A stretch of 33,402 bases of DNA, from contig JBBRIO010000001.1 in NCBI GenBank assembly GCA_038220855.1, positions 1 through 33,402 on the forward strand. Reading direction: 5' to 3'. Position numbers and translations under genes: made by a program. Below the pieces are notes generated by a model that saw only the letters and a list, made by a program, of their open reading frames with translations, did no database searches and had not been told where the DNA came from. This document shows positions 7,663 to 15,899 of this stretch, piece after piece. The first letter of the stretch is position 1. Each line of letters opens with the position of its first letter. The stretch comes from Bryobacterales bacterium. Its GTDB lineage: Bacteria; Acidobacteriota; Terriglobia; Bryobacterales; Bryobacteraceae.

Positions 7663-10140
7663 TTACTTAACGGCGATGCTGGCGGTGCGGGGGCTGCGGA
7701 AATCGCCGGCCTGGATGACGATGGGAACGGTGCCGGGGCCGATGGTATCTTCATTCGGTACGCGGACGGAGAGTACCGTGAGGCCGTTCACGCTGCCCGG
7801 GACGCTAACTGCGGGGGAGAGGATTTCGACCTCGCGGTCGGCGATGAACACTTTGATAGGGAGTTCGGGGCGGGGCGGGACGGGGCCGGTGATCTCTCCG
7901 TCGACCGAGGCGGGCGTGGCTCGGCCGGTGCCGGTGGCGTAGATGGTGACGGCAGAGCCGCGGGCGGCGGGATTGCCGGATGAGTTGGGGGTTTGGTCAG
8001 CGTTGAGGGTGGAACCGACGCCGAGACCGGTGGCATTCGCAGTGTAAATAGCGGGTACGGCGGCTTGTACGATGACTGGCAGAGCGGGGGTTGACTTTCC
8101 AGCGACTCTTACCGCGATGGACGGATTTGCAGAACTGATGCCGAAAGGGACGATGCAGTTGATCTGATTGCGGGAGACGTAAGTGATGGGGGCGCCGGGG
8201 ATGCCGTTGAACAACACTTCGGTCTGGTAAAGATCTCGGGCGTTGGCGGCGAAGGAGGACGAGATCTGAGCGGTAGTGGCGGGGCCGATGCCGGCACCGT
8301 ACAGGCTGATCATTTCGCCGGGCGCAATGACGGTTTGACCGAGGGGGCTGCGGAGTTGGCTAGCCGCGTTGACCGTGCCAGCCGAGGAGAGAATACCGAG
8401 TTCGCCGAAGCGGGCGGAAATGACAAGATCACCGTTAACGGTGATCTGCGTGGATGGTTCGGGTTTGAAACCGGACAAGGAGTCGCCCCAACCGAGGAAC
8501 CCATATCCGGTGCCGGGCGTGGCAGTGACGGTGAGGGTTGTGCCCGTGGGAACGAGAGCGGGAACGCGATTGTCAGCGGGCAGGGAAGGAGAGAAGGTGA
8601 TTGTGCCGTTGTGGGTTGGGGGGGCGACCCAGCTAACGGCGTGGCGGGCCGTGAAGGTGGCTTCCACGTCGCCGAGACCGGCGGTAAGGGCGCGCGACCA
8701 GGACTGGAACTTGTACTTGGAGCCTGCGTTGGGAAAGACGCCGTCTTGGTCGGGCGTTTGGATCGTTAGGGCGGTGCCGGTGGGCCAAGTGCCGCGGTAA
8801 GGAGTTCTGACCGATTCGCCATTGACCGTTAGCACGAGTCCGGGGGGGAGACTGGTGATGGTGGTGACGGGAAGTCGAGTGAAGATCGCGGTGTAGTTGA
8901 CTTTGGTCGAATCGGAGGCGGAGAGGGCGATATCGAGAGGATTGCTGCCGCCTGGGGAGGACTTGACGTTGCCGATCTTTGCCGACCAATTCAGGAAGGT
9001 GTAACCCGAATCAGGGACGGCCTTGAGTTGAGCGAAGGATCCGGCGGGGAGCCGGTTCTTCTCCAGGGGGGGGGATACTTCGACACTCCCTCCGCTGTCG
9101 ACATATGTCTCGATTTCGATCATGCGGCGGTAATTGGCGGTGTAAAAAGTGGTGCCCTGCGGCCGGGCGATCTTCTGTTCGCGGGGGCCGAAGTTACTCC
9201 ACCCGGCAAATACGCAGTAGAAACCAAGGTCGCAGGGTTGCTCTTCGGCCGCGGAGAGCGTAAACGACTCCCCGGCGGGCCAATTGAAGGCTGGGTCGTA
9301 GATTTTCAGGGGTACGCGGGAGGAATCGGCAATGGTAAGTGTAGGGCCGGGAGGGTTGGAAGTGATGATGGTTTTGGGGGGCAGTTGGCCGTAGAGTCGA
9401 GTAATGCTATCGATGTCGGCGGGGGCGAGGGAGTCGCGCCGCCCGATGGGGATGCCGGGAGGGATGGTAAGAAGAGTGAAGGTAGAGGCGACGTTAAACT
9501 GCTCTTCGTTGTAGTGCATGATGGAGTCGTAAGGGTAGGGCCCGGCGTCTTCGCTGTCGGTCAGATCCTGGTTGTACTGGCTCCACAAGCCTCGGCGCGT
9601 GATCGACGGATATCTGACGTCAACATAGAGGTCGCGGTCCTGCCGGGCCTGGGTGTGGTTCAGCCCGAGGGCGTGGCCGATTTCATGAATTAACTCCGCC
9701 TTGCTGCATTTGCTGGGTGCGATGATGGCTTGCGGGCCGCCCTTTCTTCCGATGGAGGAACTACAATCATCGCCGGGGACGAACTCGAGGTAGTCTTCAT
9801 CGGCAGCGGTCTTGGGGCGGAAGAGAATGGGAGGTTTTCCTGTTTCGGTTCCAACGACTTTTGAGAACTCGTTAATGGCATCAATGATTCGTTGTTCTTT
9901 CGAGGGGACGTAGGGGACGACGCCGTTGGGCCACAACTTGGATCGGCTGCGGACGGCGCTGGAGGCGCGGGGGGACTTCCCCGTGAACTCGCTGGCGGGT
10001 CCAAGGATGATGTCGCCGTCGATGGCGTAACCATCCCTGATCTGGAACCGCACCCATTGGCCGTCGATCTCGGATTCGTGCCAAGTGGGGCCTTGGGCGA
10101 ATAGGGAGACAGCGAGGAGGAAAACGGAGATGGTTTTCAT
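7663..10140 (-). CDS. Secreted astacin-like (M12A) zinc metalloprotease, paralog of 5198-7612 with the same architecture
   Basis: Signal peptide MKTISVFLLAVSLFAQG; HEIGHALGLNHTQARQDRD; SIMHY; C-terminal ...LFNGIPGAPITYVSRNQINCIVPFG.... Its ATG overlaps the thiE-like stop (ATGA at 10137-10140). Confidence 0.9.
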   Translation of the reverse strand: MKTISVFLLAVSLFAQGPTWHESEIDGQWVRFQIRDGYAIDGDIILGPASEFTGKSPRASSAVRSRSKLWPNGVVPYVPSKEQRIIDAINEFSKVVGTETGKPPILFRPKTAADEDYLEFVPGDDCSSSIGRKGGPQAIIAPSKCSKAELIHEIGHALGLNHTQARQDRDLYVDVRYPSITRRGLWSQYNQDLTDSEDAGPYPYDSIMHYNEEQFNVASTFTLLTIPPGIPIGRRDSLAPADIDSITRLYGQLPPKTIITSNPPGPTLTIADSSRVPLKIYDPAFNWPAGESFTLSAAEEQPCDLGFYCVFAGWSNFGPREQKIARPQGTTFYTANYRRMIEIETYVDSGGSVEVSPPLEKNRLPAGSFAQLKAVPDSGYTFLNWSAKIGNVKSSPGGSNPLDIALSASDSTKVNYTAIFTRLPVTTITSLPPGLVLTVNGESVRTPYRGTWPTGTALTIQTPDQDGVFPNAGSKYKFQSWSRALTAGLGDVEATFTARHAVSWVAPPTHNGTITFSPSLPADNRVPALVPTGTTLTVTATPGTGYGFLGWGDSLSGFKPEPSTQITVNGDLVISARFGELGILSSAGTVNAASQLRSPLGQTVIAPGEMISLYGAGIGPATTAQISSSFAANARDLYQTEVLFNGIPGAPITYVSRNQINCIVPFGISSANPSIAVRVAGKSTPALPVIVQAAVPAIYTANATGLGVGSTLNADQTPNSSGNPAARGSAVTIYATGTGRATPASVDGEITGPVPPRPELPIKVFIADREVEILSPAVSVPGSVNGLTVLSVRVPNEDTIGPGTVPIVIQAGDFRSPRTASIAVK

Positions 10141-10652
10141 GGGCGAAATAAAAAAATACCGGCGACGCCAGCAGCGCCTGCTGACGTGCAGTCTAACGCA
10201 TTTTCCGGAGTGATTCCACCGAGCGCGAAGAGGGGGATGGTGACGGCGGAGCAGGCTTGGCGGAGGGCGATCAGGCCGATGCCGGGGTGATAATCGGGCT
10301 TGGAAAAGGGCTGAAAGATGGGGCTAAAGAAGACGTAGTCGGCGCCTTCGGATTGGGCTTGGCGGAGTTCGTCGAGGGTGTGGCAGGAGACGCCGATGAG
10401 AAAGCCGGGCGGGGTGAGGGGCCGGAACGAGGACGGGGCGGGGCTCTGGGCGGGGAGATGGAGACCGTGGGCCCCGGCGGCGAGGGCGACGTCGAGGCGG
10501 GAGTTGATGATCACTTTTTTCTGCGGCGCGGCGGCGAGGGCGGCTAAAGCGCGGGCGTAAAGATCGCGGGCGGGGAGTTGTTTGGCGCGAAGTTGGAACC
10601 AGTCGGCGGCGGGGTGGACGGGAAGGGCCTCGGCGATTTGGCAGCGGAGCAT
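10137..10652 (-). CDS. thiE: Thiamine-phosphate synthase (ThiE/TenI) family protein, N-terminally short (171 aa)
   Basis: ATG at 10650-10652, one nt after the modC stop. The sequence is MLRCQIAEAL...WFQLRAKQL...VIINSRLDVALAAGAHGLHLP...IGVSCHTLDEL..A...GADYVFFSPIF...IPLFALGGI. The upstream part of ORF 10137-11051 is out-of-frame overlap with modC. Confidence 0.7.
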   Translation of the reverse strand: MLRCQIAEALPVHPAADWFQLRAKQLPARDLYARALAALAAAPQKKVIINSRLDVALAAGAHGLHLPAQSPAPSSFRPLTPPGFLIGVSCHTLDELRQAQSEGADYVFFSPIFQPFSKPDYHPGIGLIALRQACSAVTIPLFALGGITPENALDCTSAGAAGVAGIFLFRP

Positions 10653-10653
10653 A

Positions 10654-11724
10654 TTAGAGAATGCGGAGCGCGGCGGGGGGGAAGGCGATGAGCCATTCGC
10701 GAGTTTGGCGGAGGGGTTCGTATTCGGCGCGGGACATTTCGACTGAGAGGCCGTCGGCGAAGTGGAGGATGACCGAGTGGGGCCGTTCGGCGACGCGATC
10801 CAGGGTGGTGGGGATTTGGTTTTCGGTTGGCGCACTGGAGCGGGGCAGAGCGCGGAGAAGGGAGGGGAGCAGGCAGAGGGTGATCCGGTCGCCGATGAAA
10901 TGGGAGGGATAGTAGGGACCGGTGAGATCGTGGTCGAGGCAGCGGATGCGGCTCGTTTGGCGGCTGGGGTCGAGGGCGCGGATTTCGGCGGGGAGCAGGG
11001 TGTAAATGCCCAGGAGGCGGGCGGCTTCGGGGGAGGCGGGATGGTCGGCAACTTGGCGGGGAGTGCCGGACTGGATGATGCGGCCGTCGTGGACGATTTG
11101 GAGGGAATCGCCGAGTTCGAAGCACTCTTCGAGGGAATGGGTGACGAGGACGATGGGGGTTTCGTACTGGGTGCGGACGGCGCGCAAAATGCTATATAGC
11201 TCTTGGCGGAGGGAGGCGTCGAGGCCTTGGGCTGGTTCGTCGAGCAGGAGCATGCGGGGGGCGCGGAGAAGGGCGCGGGCGATGGAGCCGCGTTGCTTTT
11301 GGCCGCCGGAGAGTTCGCCGGGGCGGCGTGCGGCGACGTCGGAGAGTTGGAACTGTTCGAGGGAGTCTTTGACCTGGCGGGCGCGTTCGCGGGGAGGGAG
11401 GGCGTGGGCGGCGAAGGCGAGGTTGTCGGCCAAGGTCATGTGCGGGAAGAGCGCGTAGTTTTGGAAGACGTAGCCGCAGCGTCGGGCCTGGGGCTGGAGG
11501 TTTACGCGGGTCTCGCCGTCATAGAGGATGGAATCATCAAGGAGAATGCGTCCGGCGGTGGGGGTGGCGAAGCCGGCGATAGAATCGAGGGTGAGCGTTT
11601 TTCCGGAGCCGGAGGGCCCGAACAGAACGGTGACCCCGGGACGGGCTTCGAAGGCGAGATCGAGGGCGAAGGCGCGGGAGCCTGGCCGGGCGGGGAACGA
11701 ATGTTTAAGACGAACTTGCAGCAT
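10654..11724 (-). CDS. modC: Molybdate-type ABC importer ATP-binding protein with C-terminal TOBE/Mop-like domain
   Basis: Walker A GPSGSGKT, signature LSGGQKQR, Walker B LLLDEP, H-loop VTHS. The ~120-aa C-terminal extension is typical of ModC/CysA-type importers. Confidence 0.8.
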   Translation of the reverse strand: MLQVRLKHSFPARPGSRAFALDLAFEARPGVTVLFGPSGSGKTLTLDSIAGFATPTAGRILLDDSILYDGETRVNLQPQARRCGYVFQNYALFPHMTLADNLAFAAHALPPRERARQVKDSLEQFQLSDVAARRPGELSGGQKQRGSIARALLRAPRMLLLDEPAQGLDASLRQELYSILRAVRTQYETPIVLVTHSLEECFELGDSLQIVHDGRIIQSGTPRQVADHPASPEAARLLGIYTLLPAEIRALDPSRQTSRIRCLDHDLTGPYYPSHFIGDRITLCLLPSLLRALPRSSAPTENQIPTTLDRVAERPHSVILHFADGLSVEMSRAEYEPLRQTREWLIAFPPAALRIL

Positions 11725-11726
11725 GG

Positions 11727-12389
11727 TCAGGCTCGTTTGGGGGCGAGAGCGTTGGCGAGGGTGAGCAGGGAGATGGCGAGGGCAGAGACGGCCAGAACGA
11801 GCCAGCGGGCGAGGTCTCCGTTGCCGCCTTCGACGGCGTCATAGATAGCGACGGCGACGGTTTGGGTGCGTCCGGGGATGTTGCCGGCGAGCATGATAGT
11901 GACGCCGAAATCCCCGAGGGAGCGGGCGAAGGCCAAGGCGGCGGCAGCGAGGATGGGGCGGAGGGCGAGGGGGAGGGTGATGTGGACGAAGACGCGCCAT
12001 TCGGAGGCGCCCAGGGTGCGGGCGGCACGTTCATAGACGTGGTCGACCGATTCCAGGGAAGCGCGGGCGGACTTGATCAGCAGGGGCGCCGAATGGAAGA
12101 GGGCGGCGACGACCGCGGCTTGCCAAGTGAAGACGAGAGGGCTGCCGGTGACCGTTTCGTACAGGCGGCCGAGAGCGGATTCGCGGCCGAGGAGGATCAA
12201 CAGGTAGAAGCCGAGGACGGTGGGAGGGAGAACGAGAGGCAGGGAGATGGTGGCATCAAGGACTTCGCGGCCGCGGAAGGCGCGATTGGCGAGAACCCAA
12301 GCGAGGGCCAGGCCGATGAGCAGCGAGAGGACCGTGGCCAAGGCGGCCACGCGGAGGCTGAGCCAGAGCGGGAACCAGTCGTGCTGCAT
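11727..12389 (-). CDS. modB: Molybdate-type ABC importer permease
   Basis: MQHDWFPLWLSLRVA...LPLVLPPTVLGFYLL...ERAARTLGASEWRVFVHITLPLA...GDFGVTIMLAGNIPGRTQT (ModB/CysT-like EAA loop). I prefer the ATG at 12387-12389 over the TTG at 12401. Confidence 0.8.
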   Translation of the reverse strand: MQHDWFPLWLSLRVAALATVLSLLIGLALAWVLANRAFRGREVLDATISLPLVLPPTVLGFYLLILLGRESALGRLYETVTGSPLVFTWQAAVVAALFHSAPLLIKSARASLESVDHVYERAARTLGASEWRVFVHITLPLALRPILAAAALAFARSLGDFGVTIMLAGNIPGRTQTVAVAIYDAVEGGNGDLARWLVLAVSALAISLLTLANALAPKRA

Positions 12390-12399
12390 ATGTGGGGCC

Positions 12400-12423
12400 A
12401 AACAAAGTATAGCTGTTTTGTTT
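12400..12423. promoter_or_regulatory. AT-rich inverted repeat AAACAAA-N10-TTTGTTT in the 60-bp divergent modB/SDR intergenic region (candidate operator or promoter element)
   Basis: Arms at 12400-12406 and 12417-12423 are perfect complements. This is the only AT-rich island between two GC-rich genes. Confidence 0.2.
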
Positions 12424-12449
12424 TACGGCGAACATGCTATGAAAGGATT

Positions 12450-13148
12450 ATGCAGATAGCGGGGAAGCGAGTGCTCGTGACGGGCGGGGCGTCGGGATTG
12501 GGGGCGGCGACGGTCGAGGAGTTCCGGGCGGCGGGGGCGGAGGTGCGGGTGTTGGATCGGGCCCTGGGGCAGGATGTGTTGCGGGATGAGGACGTGGCGG
12601 CGGGACTGGGGGGGGGCGTGGATATCGTAGTGAATTGCGCGGGGGTGGCGACGGCGCAGCGGACGGTGGGGCGGGAGGGGCCGATGGCGCTGGAGGATTT
12701 CGAGCGGGTGATGCGGGTGAACGTGTTGGGGACGTTTAACGTGATTCGGTGGGCGGCGGCGGCGATGATGGAAAACTCGGCGGGGGAGGACGGGGAGCGG
12801 GGCGTAATAGTGAACACGGCGTCGATTGCGGCGTTTGATGGTCAGATTGGGCAGGCGGCGTATGCGGCGTCGACGGCGGCGGTAGCGGGGATGACGCTGC
12901 CCTTGGCGCGAGAGTTTGCGCGGGTAGGGATTCGGGTGGTGACGATTGCGCCGGGGTTGATGGATACGGCGATGTTGGACGGGCTGCCGGCAAGCGTGAA
13001 GGGGGAGTTAGGGAGGACGGTACCGTTTCCGAATCGGCTGGGGGAGGCGGGAGAGTATGCGCGGTTGGTGCGGCATGTGGTGGAGAATTCCTATTTAAAT
13101 GGCGAAACGATCCGATTGGACGGAGCAATTCGTCTTGGGCCAAAATAA
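12450..13148 (+). CDS. Short-chain dehydrogenase/reductase, 3-hydroxyacyl-CoA dehydrogenase type II-like, with YxxxK changed to YxxxT
   Basis: GKRVLVTGGASGLGAAT (TGxxxGxG), NCAG, VNTAS, GQAAYAASTAAVAGMTLPLAREF, IRVVTIAPGL. ATG at 12450; the upstream part of ORF 11862-13148 is antisense to modB. Confidence 0.85.
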   Translation: MQIAGKRVLVTGGASGLGAATVEEFRAAGAEVRVLDRALGQDVLRDEDVAAGLGGGVDIVVNCAGVATAQRTVGREGPMALEDFERVMRVNVLGTFNVIRWAAAAMMENSAGEDGERGVIVNTASIAAFDGQIGQAAYAASTAAVAGMTLPLAREFARVGIRVVTIAPGLMDTAMLDGLPASVKGELGRTVPFPNRLGEAGEYARLVRHVVENSYLNGETIRLDGAIRLGPK

Positions 13149-13222
13149 TCGTTGCGATTGTGTTATTCTAATTTCTGACATCAAACGATTAAGGGAAGAC
13201 TAAGGAGTATCCACTTTACGGC

Positions 13223-13492
13223 ATGGCACTGGCGGCTGAATCGAAACAAGAAGTAATCGCGAAGTACAAGATCCACAAGACCGATTGCGGTTCGCCAGAG
13301 GTCCAGGTTGCGATCCTGAGCCAGCGCATAACGCAGTTGCAGGATCATTTTAAGGCGAACAAGAAGGATCATAGCTCACGCCGTGGACTTTTGTTGATGG
13401 TAGCTCGGCGGCGCAGGCTGCTGGATTATCTGAAGGGCGATAGCCCGATGCGTTACAAGACGCTCATCACTAGCCTTGGCATCCGTCGTTAG
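13223..13492 (+). CDS. rpsO: 30S ribosomal protein S15
   Basis: 89 aa with ...[48 protein letters not shown].... Located immediately upstream of pnp, as in most bacteria. Confidence 0.97.
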   Translation: MALAAESKQEVIAKYKIHKTDCGSPEVQVAILSQRITQLQDHFKANKKDHSSRRGLLLMVARRRRLLDYLKGDSPMRYKTLITSLGIRR

Positions 13493-13560
13493 GGGAAAAC
13501 TTTCGGAATTCCGCTCCCGGTGAGCGGATAAGACCGCGCGTACAATCGCTCCTCGCGTCT

Positions 13561-13589
13561 CCTTGATTTCGAGTCAATTCGGTTCAAGG
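13561..13589 (+). promoter_or_regulatory. pnp leader hairpin (CCTTGA-N17-TCAAGG) whose 3' arm overlaps the pnp Shine-Dalgarno sequence
   Basis: Perfect 6-bp arms at 13561-13566 and 13584-13589. AAGGA at 13586-13590 lies 6 nt before the ATG at 13597. Confidence 0.3.
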
Positions 13590-13596
13590 AATAGCA

Positions 13597-15705
13597 ATGC
13601 TTCATAAAGTTGAAATTGACCTGTTTGGTCTGCCGGTTTCGATCGAAACCGGCCATATGGCCAAACAGGCAAACGGATCGGTGATTGTGCGCTCCGGCGA
13701 GTCGGTAGTGCTGGTCACGGCGTGCACGGCTAATAAGCCGAAGCTGAACGCTGACTTTTTCCCGCTCACGGTTGATTACCGCGAGTTTACTTATGCCACG
13801 GGTCGTTTCCCTGGCGGATTCATTAAGCGAGAGGGCCGTCCTTCCGAAAAGGAAGTGTTGACGAGCCGGATGATTGATCGTCCGATTCGCCCCCTCTTCC
13901 CGGAAGGGTATTCGCACGAGACGCAAGTTATTGCGATGTTGTTGTCGGCTGATCCGTTACGAGATCCGGGTTCCTTGGCGATTGCTGGTGCCGGTGCTGC
14001 GCTGGCGATCAGCGATATCCCGTTTCATCATGTCCTGAGCGCGGTTCGCGTGGGCAAGGTGGGCGGTAAATTGGTGCCGAATCCGTCCTACGAGCAGGCG
14101 GCGGAATCGTCGTTAAGCATCATCGTGGCGGGTACGGACAATGGAATCGTGATGGTGGAAGCCGCAGCGACCCATGTTTCGGAAGCCGAGATGTTGGAAG
14201 CCATTGAGTTTGGCCACGAGTGCTGCCGGAAAATGAACGCCGGTATTCGCGAACTGATGAAGTTGGCGGGCAAAGACAAAAAGGCTTACACCACGCCGGC
14301 GATCAACCAACCGTTGCTCGACGAGATCGACGCGTTTATCCGAGCTGAGCTCAGCGATGGGCTGAACACGAAGAAGCACGGCAAGCTCGCAAGCTATTCG
14401 CTGATTGACGCGGCCAAGAAGAAAGTGGTCGAGAAGTATCCTGAAGACCAGCACGCGGCGGCCAAAGAGTTGTTTGGCGTTTTGAAAGAGCGCGTTTTCC
14501 GCGATGAGATGCTGAAAGATCGTCGGCGGCCGGATGGCCGGGCGTTCGACGAAGTCCGGCACATCGAGTGCGAAGTTGGCATTCTGCCGCGTACTCACGG
14601 ATCCGCCTTGTTTACGCGCGGCGAGACGCAGGCGTTGGTCACGACGACACTCGGCACGAAAGACGACGAGCAACGGATTGAGCTGTTGGATCCGACCGTT
14701 CTTTCCAAACGCTTTATGTTGCACTACAACTTCCCGCCGTTCTCGGTGGGCGAAGTGGGTTTCATGCGCGGCGCGGGTCGGCGCGAGATTGGTCACGGCG
14801 CGTTGGCGGAACGTTCGATGACGGCGGTTGTGCCGTCTGAGAAAGTGTTCCCGTATACGGTTCGCGTGGTCAGCGACATTTTGGAATCGAACGGATCGAG
14901 CTCAATGGCTTCGGTCTGCGGTGCTTCCTTGTCGATGATGGATGCGGGTGTTCCGGTTTCGATGGCCGTTGCGGGTATCGCGATGGGTTTGGTGAAGGAA
15001 GGCGATCAGTACGCCATTCTGACCGACATCGCCGGTGCGGAAGACCACTACGGCGATATGGACTTTAAAGTGTCCGGATCGGCAGATGGCATTACGGCGT
15101 TGCAGATGGACATCAAGGTCCCCAACGTGACGACCGGATTGATGAAAGAGGCTCTTGAGCAGGCACGGGTAGCCCGCTTGCACATCCTCGGCATCATGGT
15201 GCAGTGCATCGCGAAGCCGCGCGGGGAACTTTCGCTTCATGCTCCTCGCATCCACACTATGCAGATTCCGACCGACAAGATTCGGGAGCTGATTGGTCCG
15301 GGTGGAAAGATGATTCGGAGCATCACCGAAGAGACGGGCTGCAAGATCGACATCAACGACGACGGCACGGTGAACATTTATGCCACCGACGGGGTGGCGG
15401 CGCAGAAGGCGATCCAGCGGGTGACCAACATTTGCGCGGTGGCGGAACCCGGCAAGATTTACCTTGGCACCGTGGTTCGGATTGTAGATTTTGGCGCGTT
15501 TGTCGAAATCTTCCCGGGCACCGACGGTTTGCTGCACATCAGCGAAATCGCCGAGAGCCGCGTGAAGGAAGTGCGCGATGAGTTGAACGAAGGCGATCAG
15601 ATCATGGTTAAGGTTCTGGCGCTCGAAGGCAACAAGATCAAGCTGAGCCGGCGAGCGGTGCTGAAAGAGCAGCGAGAGAAGTTGAAGGGCGAAGCGGCGG
15701 AGTAG
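13597..15705 (+). CDS. pnp: Polyribonucleotide nucleotidyltransferase (PNPase)
   Basis: 702 aa with two RNase PH domains, KH (IPTDKIRELIGPGGKMIRSI) and S1 (GKIYLGTVVRIVDFGAFVEI...GLLHISE). Confidence 0.98.
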   Translation: MLHKVEIDLFGLPVSIETGHMAKQANGSVIVRSGESVVLVTACTANKPKLNADFFPLTVDYREFTYATGRFPGGFIKREGRPSEKEVLTSRMIDRPIRPLFPEGYSHETQVIAMLLSADPLRDPGSLAIAGAGAALAISDIPFHHVLSAVRVGKVGGKLVPNPSYEQAAESSLSIIVAGTDNGIVMVEAAATHVSEAEMLEAIEFGHECCRKMNAGIRELMKLAGKDKKAYTTPAINQPLLDEIDAFIRAELSDGLNTKKHGKLASYSLIDAAKKKVVEKYPEDQHAAAKELFGVLKERVFRDEMLKDRRRPDGRAFDEVRHIECEVGILPRTHGSALFTRGETQALVTTTLGTKDDEQRIELLDPTVLSKRFMLHYNFPPFSVGEVGFMRGAGRREIGHGALAERSMTAVVPSEKVFPYTVRVVSDILESNGSSSMASVCGASLSMMDAGVPVSMAVAGIAMGLVKEGDQYAILTDIAGAEDHYGDMDFKVSGSADGITALQMDIKVPNVTTGLMKEALEQARVARLHILGIMVQCIAKPRGELSLHAPRIHTMQIPTDKIRELIGPGGKMIRSITEETGCKIDINDDGTVNIYATDGVAAQKAIQRVTNICAVAEPGKIYLGTVVRIVDFGAFVEIFPGTDGLLHISEIAESRVKEVRDELNEGDQIMVKVLALEGNKIKLSRRAVLKEQREKLKGEAAE

Positions 15706-15723
15706 TAAGGCCGATAGATCGGA

Positions 15724-15769
15724 GAAGGGGCCGATGGAACGCAGGTTCTGTCGGCCCCTTCGCTTTTTT
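15724..15769 (+). terminator. Rho-independent terminator of rpsO-pnp
   Basis: GAAGGGGCCGA (15724-15734) pairs with TCGGCCCCTTC (15751-15761), followed by GC and TTTTTT at 15764-15769. Confidence 0.8.
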
Positions 15770-15809
15770 GGGGTTGTCACCAAATGCGTGGCAACTGCGT
15801 CTACAAGGT

Positions 15810-15899
15810 ATGAACGAAATATGGTTGCCGCTGGCTGTAATTGCGGGCTACATCGTGCTGATGCGCTTCGTGCTGCCTAAGCTCGGGGTGCCTACTTGA
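15810..15899 (+). CDS. Candidate 29-aa hydrophobic micropeptide (MNEIWLPLAVIAGYIVLMRFVLPKLGVPT)
   Basis: ATG preceded by AAGG; one predicted TM helix; TGA at 15897-15899. It is followed by hairpin GCGTCGA-GTC-TCGACGC at 15916-15932. It is below the ORF-track size cut-off, and I have no homology evidence. Confidence 0.25.
   Translation: MNEIWLPLAVIAGYIVLMRFVLPKLGVPT

Noticed and set aside
10544-11125. Minus-strand ORFs 10544-11125 and the upstream part of 10137-11051 (Pro/Arg/Ser-rich)
   Set aside because: They are alternative frames of the modC coding region. The Walker and signature motifs identify the true frame (10654-11724).
12390-12449. Molybdenum-cofactor riboswitch upstream of modB, or a TPP riboswitch upstream of the thiE-like gene
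   Set aside because: The modB leader is at most 60 nt and is shared with a divergent gene, which is too short for a Moco riboswitch. The thiE-like gene has a 1-nt gap to modC, so there is no leader at all.
14113-14796. 227-aa minus-strand ORF inside pnp, and the 293-aa ORF 14902-15783
   Set aside because: They are antisense to an unambiguous PNPase frame. They have Arg/His/Gln-rich junk composition and no motifs.
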